This document shows positions 58,684-64,000 of a DNA stretch of 64,000 nt, one piece after another (positions within the stretch are counted from its first letter, which is position 1; each line of letters begins with the position of its first letter). The position numbers were made by a program, and so were the translations under genes. This DNA comes from Nitrospinaceae bacterium (GTDB taxonomy: Bacteria; Nitrospinota; Nitrospinia; Nitrospinales; VA-1). The stretch is taken from the NCBI GenBank assembly GCA_046754465.1, contig JBHHVU010000008.1, positions 1-64,000 of the forward strand, read 5' to 3'. The notes under the pieces were generated by a model. The model did not search any database, had not been told where the DNA came from, and saw only the letters and a program-made list of their open reading frames with translations.

Positions 58684-59806
58684 ATGCTCGACGATTATAA
58701 AAAGGAATATGAGGACCTGAGGCGGCGAATCGATCTTTTGCGGGGGTATCTTTGACGTCGATAATCATTTGAAGGAAATGGAAGGCCTCGACATCGAGGT
58801 GGCGCGTTCCGGATTTTGGGACGACAATGAATCCGCTCAAAAGATTCTGCAAAGGCGCTCCACCCTGCAGCGCACCGTCAATGTCTGGAAAGAACTGCAC
58901 CAGGAAGGCGAGGACCTCGGGGCGATGGTCGAATTGGCCGAGGAAGAGGAGGATGAGTCCCTGTCGGCCGAAATCAAGACGTCCCTCACCCGCCTCCGCG
59001 AAAAAATATCCCAGGCCGAGTTGAAGGCGATGTTGTCCGGCGAAAAGGATTTTAACAACGCCATCATGTCCATCAACTCCGGAGCCGGGGGAACGGAATC
59101 CCAGGACTGGGCTCAGATGATCCTGCGAATGTACATGCGCTGGGCCGACCGGAACGGGTACAAATCGGAAATCCTGGACATACAGTACGGGGAGGAAGCG
59201 GGGATCAAGAGCGCCACGCTTCTCTTCACCGGGGATTACGCCTTTGGATATTTGAAGGCGGAGATCGGTGTCCACCGTCTCGTGCGGATCTCGCCCTTCG
59301 ACGCCAACAAACGCCGCCACACCTCGTTCGCGTCGGTCTTTGTCTACCCGGAAATCCAGGATGAAATCGACGTGGAGATCAAGGACGATGATTTGAAGAT
59401 CGATGTCTACCGCGCCTCCGGGCCTGGCGGGCAGGGTGTGAACACGACCGACTCCGCGGTGCGGCTCACCCACATCCCCACCGGCATCATCGTCCAGTGC
59501 CAGAACGAACGGTCCCAATATAAAAACAAGGCTTCGGCCATGAAGGTTCTGAAATCCCGTCTTTACGAACTGGAAATGGAAAAACAGGAAGAAGAAAAAA
59601 AGGTGATGGAGAAACAGAAAAAGAAAATCGAGTGGGGCAGCCAGATCCGGTCCTATGTCCTGCACCCTTACCGCATGGCCAAGGACCTGCGCACGGGCGT
59701 GGAAATCGGCAACGTGGATGCCGTGCTGGACGGTGATCTGGGACCCTTCATCGAGGCCTGCCTGCTGCAACAAAGCGGAAAACGCCTGGCTTCCTCGAAA
59801 AACTGA
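58684..59806 (+). CDS. prfB: Peptide chain release factor 2 (joined by a programmed +1 frameshift)
   Basis: MLDDYKKEYEDLRRRIDLLRGYL then CTT TGA C. The +1 frame continues DVDNHLKEM with SPF and GPGGQ motifs. Confidence 0.97.
58741..58756 (+). other. prfB +1 ribosomal frameshift site
   Basis: CGGGGG-TAT-CTT-TGA-C: internal SD, slippery Leu codon and UGA stop. Confidence 0.95.
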
Positions 59807-59808
59807 CC

Positions 59809-60888
59809 ATGAAACCCATCTTTCATCCCACCTTGGTGAACGATCCTTTCGGGGACCCCGGCCTGCTGGTACAGTTTCTTTTCGAGAAGCGGGCGATTTT
59901 GTTTGATCTGGGGGAGATTTCCTCCATTCCCAACAGCACGCTTTTGAAAGTCACCCATGTTTTCGTCAGCCACACCCACATCGATCATTTTTACGGATTC
60001 GACCGTCTGCTGCGCATCGTCTTCGGCCGAGGTAAATCCATTTACCTATACGGCCCCAGCAATTTTATCGCCAATGTGGAAGGTAAATTGGCCGGGTTTA
60101 CCTGGAACCTTGTCGACCGGTACAACGAGTCCATTACCATCGAGGTGGTGGAAGTGCACGAGGACCATTTGCGCCGGGCGCGGTTCCGGGCGATCGACCG
60201 GTTCCGAAAAAGCGCGGAAAGCCGGGAATCCTTCACCGGCGGCATTCTGGTTCAGGAGCCTTCGTTCACGGTGCGGACGGCCATTCTGGAGCACCGGGTT
60301 CCCTGCCTGGCTTTCACCCTGAAGGAACGGTTTCATGTGAATATCAAAAAAGATCGGCTGCAAGCCCTGAGTTATCCCGCTGGACCCTGGCTTCACCGGT
60401 TGAAGCAAAAGATCTTCGAGGAAAAACCGGACGACTTCCCGATCCAGGTTCCCTCCCTGGATAACGGCGAACACCAGACCCGGGAAATCCCTCTTGGAAA
60501 CCTCAAACGGGACGTAGTAATGATTTCTCCCGGACAAAAAATCGGTTACGTGGTGGACACGTTATTCAACGAACGCAACAAGAAGAAGATCGTGGATCTC
60601 GTGCGGGGGGCCGATGTCTTTTTCTGCGAATCGCCTTTTTCCGCCGACGAGACCGAGCGGGCCCGGGAACGGTGTCATCTGACTTCCCGCCAGGCGGGAA
60701 TCCTGGCGAGGGAAGCCGGGGTCCGGCAATTGCGGCCCTTTCACTTCTCGCCCAGGCACACCGGTTGCGGAGCCCAGCTCTACCGGGAAGCGGAAGAAGC
60801 CTTCCGGGGAGATCCGGCGCCGTCTTCAACACCTTCCCCTCGCGGACGGGAGGAAACCGTTCCGGAAGTGGAGGCCCATAAACCCTGA
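59809..60888 (+). CDS. Ribonuclease Z-like metallo-beta-lactamase
   Basis: LFDLG, SHTHIDH (HxHxDH), EHRVPC, HLTSRQAG, FHFSPRH. Confidence 0.85.
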   Translation: MKPIFHPTLVNDPFGDPGLLVQFLFEKRAILFDLGEISSIPNSTLLKVTHVFVSHTHIDHFYGFDRLLRIVFGRGKSIYLYGPSNFIANVEGKLAGFTWNLVDRYNESITIEVVEVHEDHLRRARFRAIDRFRKSAESRESFTGGILVQEPSFTVRTAILEHRVPCLAFTLKERFHVNIKKDRLQALSYPAGPWLHRLKQKIFEEKPDDFPIQVPSLDNGEHQTREIPLGNLKRDVVMISPGQKIGYVVDTLFNERNKKKIVDLVRGADVFFCESPFSADETERARERCHLTSRQAGILAREAGVRQLRPFHFSPRHTGCGAQLYREAEEAFRGDPAPSSTPSPRGREETVPEVEAHKP

Positions 60889-60905
60889 TCGAGCTTGAAT
60901 ACCAA

Positions 60906-60964
60906 GGGGCGGGTTTCCAACCCGTCCGCGCGATTTCCCTTGGGGCCGGGTTTCAATCCCCCCC
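60906..60964. repeat. Pair of degenerate REP-like hairpin repeats
   Basis: GGGGCGGGTTTCCAACCCGTCC (9-bp stem with one G-T pair) and the decayed copy GGGGCCGGGTTTCAATCCCCCCC. Confidence 0.4.
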
Positions 60965-60986
60965 TCCCACAAATTCATCTCCGGGA

Positions 60987-61697
60987 ATGAGTCCTATGAC
61001 CACCGGTTCCCCAGAACCCAAATCCAGTCCTTCCATCGCCTCCTGGTTGAATCTCAAGCTGCGGCAGATCTTCTTCCCCGGGTCCAGGAATTATTGGGAA
61101 GCCCGGTACGGACTGGGCGGAAACTCCGGGGCCGGGTCCTTTGGAAAATTCGCCGAATTCAAGGCTGGGATCCTCAACGATTTTGTCCAGAAAAACCATG
61201 TCCGGTCGGTGATCGAATTCGGCTGCGGCGACGGCCACCAGTTGTCCCATGCCCGGTATCCGGAATATATCGGCCTCGATGTTTCCCCTTCGGCTATCGG
61301 CCGCTGCACGGAACGATTCAAGGATGATCCGGACAAAAGTTTTTTCCTGTACAGTCCCTTTGCTTTCGCGGACCGGGCCGGTTTGTTCAAGGCCGACCTG
61401 TCCCTGTCGTTGGACGTCATTTATCATTTGGTCGAGGATGATGTCTATCAAACCTATATGGGGCATCTCTTCGGGGCCGCGGGAAAGTACGTGATCGTCT
61501 ACGCGAGTGATGTCGATCAAGGGGGAGGAGTCCATGCCCGGCACGTGCGGCACCGGAATTTCACCCGATTCGTCGAGGAGCGGTTCCCCGGCTGGAACCT
61601 GGCGGAAAAGATCAAGAATCCGTATCCCGGGAAAGGGAATTTTGGCGCAGGCTCGTTCGCCGATTTCTTCATCTACCAATCCCGTAACAAACCCTAG
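60987..61697 (+). CDS. Class I SAM-dependent methyltransferase
   Basis: YWEARY..GGNSGAGS, VIEFGCGDG, SLDVIYHL. A type often seen in glycan loci. Confidence 0.85.
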   Translation: MSPMTTGSPEPKSSPSIASWLNLKLRQIFFPGSRNYWEARYGLGGNSGAGSFGKFAEFKAGILNDFVQKNHVRSVIEFGCGDGHQLSHARYPEYIGLDVSPSAIGRCTERFKDDPDKSFFLYSPFAFADRAGLFKADLSLSLDVIYHLVEDDVYQTYMGHLFGAAGKYVIVYASDVDQGGGVHARHVRHRNFTRFVEERFPGWNLAEKIKNPYPGKGNFGAGSFADFFIYQSRNKP

Positions 61698-61759
61698 CCT
61701 GATTTGGGCGGGACATTTTTCCACACCCTTGAAACAATTCCCTGAACTTTGAGTGCCGG

Positions 61760-63748
61760 ATGGTTTTAATCGATTTCGGATCCCTGATGATTCTGGCCTT
61801 TCTGGCGGTGGGTGCGCTGAAGGTGATCCGGTCCGCCTGGGAAAAGCTTGCGCTCTCCTTTCTGCTGGCTCTTGGTTTGAAAAGCTTGTTCCTGTTTGGT
61901 CTGATCGTTTTTCATGTCCGTCCCGATAAATATGTCCAGTTGGGTCTGAGCCTGGCCGCCCTGATGGGGGTGGCCGGGTGGGTGATGATTGGGCGCCGCG
62001 CCCTGGGTGCCAGGGGTTCGGGTTCCTGGGGTGGCGAGGATTCCCCGCCACCACGCGCGGTGGCCGGGGTGCTCGCGGCCCTGTTTATCTTGAGCGCTGT
62101 CAACGCGTTTTTTTTCCCCATTACCGAGGCGGACGGAATTTGGTACCACATCAAGGGAATGGTTTATTACCACGAGGCCCGGTTCGACTCGCCCGCCATC
62201 ATCACCCAGTTCCGGCAGTATCCTCCGCTGGTTCCCCTGCTTTTCGCCGGTTGGATGGGCTGGGAGGGGGAGCTGGTGAAAATGATCTTCCCGTTCATTT
62301 ACCTGGCGCTGGTCGTTCTGTTTTATTTCCGGGTCCGGGACCAATCGGGGAATGCCAGGAACGCGGCGGCGTTTGCCCTGGTTCTCGGAACGACGCCTTA
62401 TTTCTGGTGGCACAGCGTCTTGCCGTTTCTGGACCTGACCGCCGCATGCCTGTATTCCCTCGGGGCGCTTTACTGGTTCTCCCTCATTCGGAATTTGTTG
62501 CATGAGGATCCCAAGGCTTCCTCCAGAACGGAGATTCCCCTGTCCCTGCTGAGCGGAATATTTTTCGGATTGTCGGCGTGGACCCGGTTGGAATTTGTTC
62601 TTTACGAGGCGATCCCCCTGCTTCTCACATTTTATGTGTTGAACCGGACTGCCCTGCTGGACCGAGCCCGGAAGAAAAAAATATTTCTCGCCCTGGCCGT
62701 GCCGGCGCTGATATTCCCCTCCCTCTGGTTCCTGACGCTCCTTTCGTTTGAATCCCCCTGGGATCACCGCGTGGTGGCCGTGTCGGGAGCCTGCGCCGCA
62801 TTGTGGCTGCTGGTGCCGGCTTTCCTGACGGGACGCATCCGTTGCGAGCGCCGGGTCCTTGTCCCGGCGGGCCTCCTTGCCGGGATTTTCTTTTTGCTGT
62901 TCATCCTGGTTCGCGGTCCCGGGTCCGTTTCGCCGGGGACTTCGCTGCTGATCGCCGGGTTCCGGACCCTCGCGGTTCACGTTTTTTATTCCTTCACCGT
63001 CCTCACCGCGGTCATCTTGGTATTGGAAAAACGGACCCGCCTGGCCGGGGCAAGAAAACTCATGGCCCTGTTTCTTATCTTTTTCCTAGCGATTCATTTC
63101 GCGATCTTTTCTTACGCCGATCCCAAATGGGAAAATCTGGCCACTTATTTTATGGTGACGTTTGTTTATCCCGGAAACTCGGTCAATCTTTCCGATACGA
63201 GGGGAATGCTGGCGTTCTATCCCGTTCTTTTGTTTTTCGTGGCCGGGTCGCCGGGGTGGGAAAAAGTCTGGAGGGGAAAGGGGATGCGGTTGGGTCCGGA
63301 TTTCCTTTACGGGATCGCCGCGCTGAACCTTTGCGTGCTTTTGGTGATTTTTATTTATCCAAGAGCGCGGTTCATTGCCGCCCACTGGAAAGAGACACCC
63401 AGGATGTGGAAGGAATCCCCGGGAAGCTGGGACATGCCGAACCAGTTCGCGGAGACGTATCGGGTCGCTCATCGCGTCCGGGACCTGACGCTCGGCAACG
63501 CGACGGTGTTGCTGCCGCCCGGGGACCGCTTGGAAGGGTCTTTCCGTTCCGCGGCGGTCCAAGTGCTGTATCCCCGCAGGATCGTTTTTGGCGGGGAGGA
63601 GGCATTCGGGAAATTATTGAAGGCGGGCCGCCGGATTCCTCACCTGTATTTCGTTTATGGTCCCAAGTGGCATTCGGAAGTTTGCGGAGAGAAACCCCGC
63701 GCCCGGTTGAACGATGCGGGCTGGGGGATGTGCCGGTTAGACGATTAA
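61760..63748 (+). CDS. Polytopic membrane protein, GT-C-like glycosyltransferase
   Basis: About 14 TM helices, loop ITEADGIWYHIKG...YPPLVPLL, C-terminal extracytoplasmic domain. Confidence 0.65.
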   Translation: MVLIDFGSLMILAFLAVGALKVIRSAWEKLALSFLLALGLKSLFLFGLIVFHVRPDKYVQLGLSLAALMGVAGWVMIGRRALGARGSGSWGGEDSPPPRAVAGVLAALFILSAVNAFFFPITEADGIWYHIKGMVYYHEARFDSPAIITQFRQYPPLVPLLFAGWMGWEGELVKMIFPFIYLALVVLFYFRVRDQSGNARNAAAFALVLGTTPYFWWHSVLPFLDLTAACLYSLGALYWFSLIRNLLHEDPKASSRTEIPLSLLSGIFFGLSAWTRLEFVLYEAIPLLLTFYVLNRTALLDRARKKKIFLALAVPALIFPSLWFLTLLSFESPWDHRVVAVSGACAALWLLVPAFLTGRIRCERRVLVPAGLLAGIFFLLFILVRGPGSVSPGTSLLIAGFRTLAVHVFYSFTVLTAVILVLEKRTRLAGARKLMALFLIFFLAIHFAIFSYADPKWENLATYFMVTFVYPGNSVNLSDTRGMLAFYPVLLFFVAGSPGWEKVWRGKGMRLGPDFLYGIAALNLCVLLVIFIYPRARFIAAHWKETPRMWKESPGSWDMPNQFAETYRVAHRVRDLTLGNATVLLPPGDRLEGSFRSAAVQVLYPRRIVFGGEEAFGKLLKAGRRIPHLYFVYGPKWHSEVCGEKPRARLNDAGWGMCRLDD

Positions 63749-64000
63749 GGAATCCCGGCCGCGGTTCACGGGCTCCGGAACCAGGATGTGTTTGAACATC
63801 CCCGCCAGAAGCACCGTCCAGAGCAAAACAAACAATCGGTCGATGAGGGTGGCCAGCAAACCCTCGTTGAATCCTATGCCCACCAGTTGCGAGAAAAATG
63901 CCACCGCCAGTTCCCGCGCCCCCACGTCACTTTGAAAGATCGGCAAAACGGATACAAGAATAACGACGGTGCTGAAAAGAAAGCAGTATTCCAGGGCGAC
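63737..64000 (-). CDS. 3' end of a UPF0104 / lysylphosphatidylglycerol-synthase TM (flippase-like) protein (partial)
   Basis: LPI..SDVGARELA...ATLIDRL matches the family's P...G.RE...R motif. Confidence 0.65.
   Translation of the reverse strand, partial: VALEYCFLFSTVVILVSVLPIFQSDVGARELAVAFFSQLVGIGFNEGLLATLIDRLFVLLWTVLLAGMFKHILVPEPVNRGRDSLIV

Noticed and set aside
1..64000. tRNA, rRNA, SRP RNA, CRISPR arrays, IS elements, prophage genes
   Set aside because: No cloverleaf or T-loop signatures, regularly spaced repeats, transposase, integrase or phage ORFs were seen by eye. Short RNAs could be missed without a covariance-model scan.

Overview
A gene-dense, GC-rich bacterial chromosome segment with about 56 CDS. 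Gene content and style suggest a Nitrospinota/deltaproteobacteria-like organism; this is an inference. Most of it is housekeeping: rpsP, ffh, queC, moeB-rhodanese, pcm, PMM/PGM, cysDN, cysS, dcd, scpB, rluB, mqnC, cobA-hemD, rsmA, pdxA, pckA, and prfB with its programmed +1 frameshift. I found no tRNA, rRNA, CRISPR array, transposase or integrase. The accessory content is mainly envelope/glycan tailoring. (i) A minus-strand locus at 44.8-58.5 kb holds a double-NHL protein, two AT-rich paralogous radical SAM-SPASM-TPR genes, two recently duplicated Rossmann+methyltransferase genes, two GT2s and a GT-C+TPR membrane glycosyltransferase. More related genes follow at 61-64 kb: a methyltransferase, a second GT-C-like protein and a flippase-like gene. 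(ii) A trio at 14-18.3 kb: B12-radical SAM, methyltransferase-GT2 fusion and CDP-sugar epimerase. Other items worth a second look are a membrane-anchored TPR-cupredoxin fusion with type-1 copper ligands, a near-consensus sigma54 promoter ahead of a lipoprotein, a His/Asp-rich secreted protein and an ABC transporter, a degenerate APS-kinase domain on CysN, a DUF2851 gene coupled to cysS, and interlocking inverted repeats upstream of pckA. All family calls come from motif recognition by eye, not database searches.
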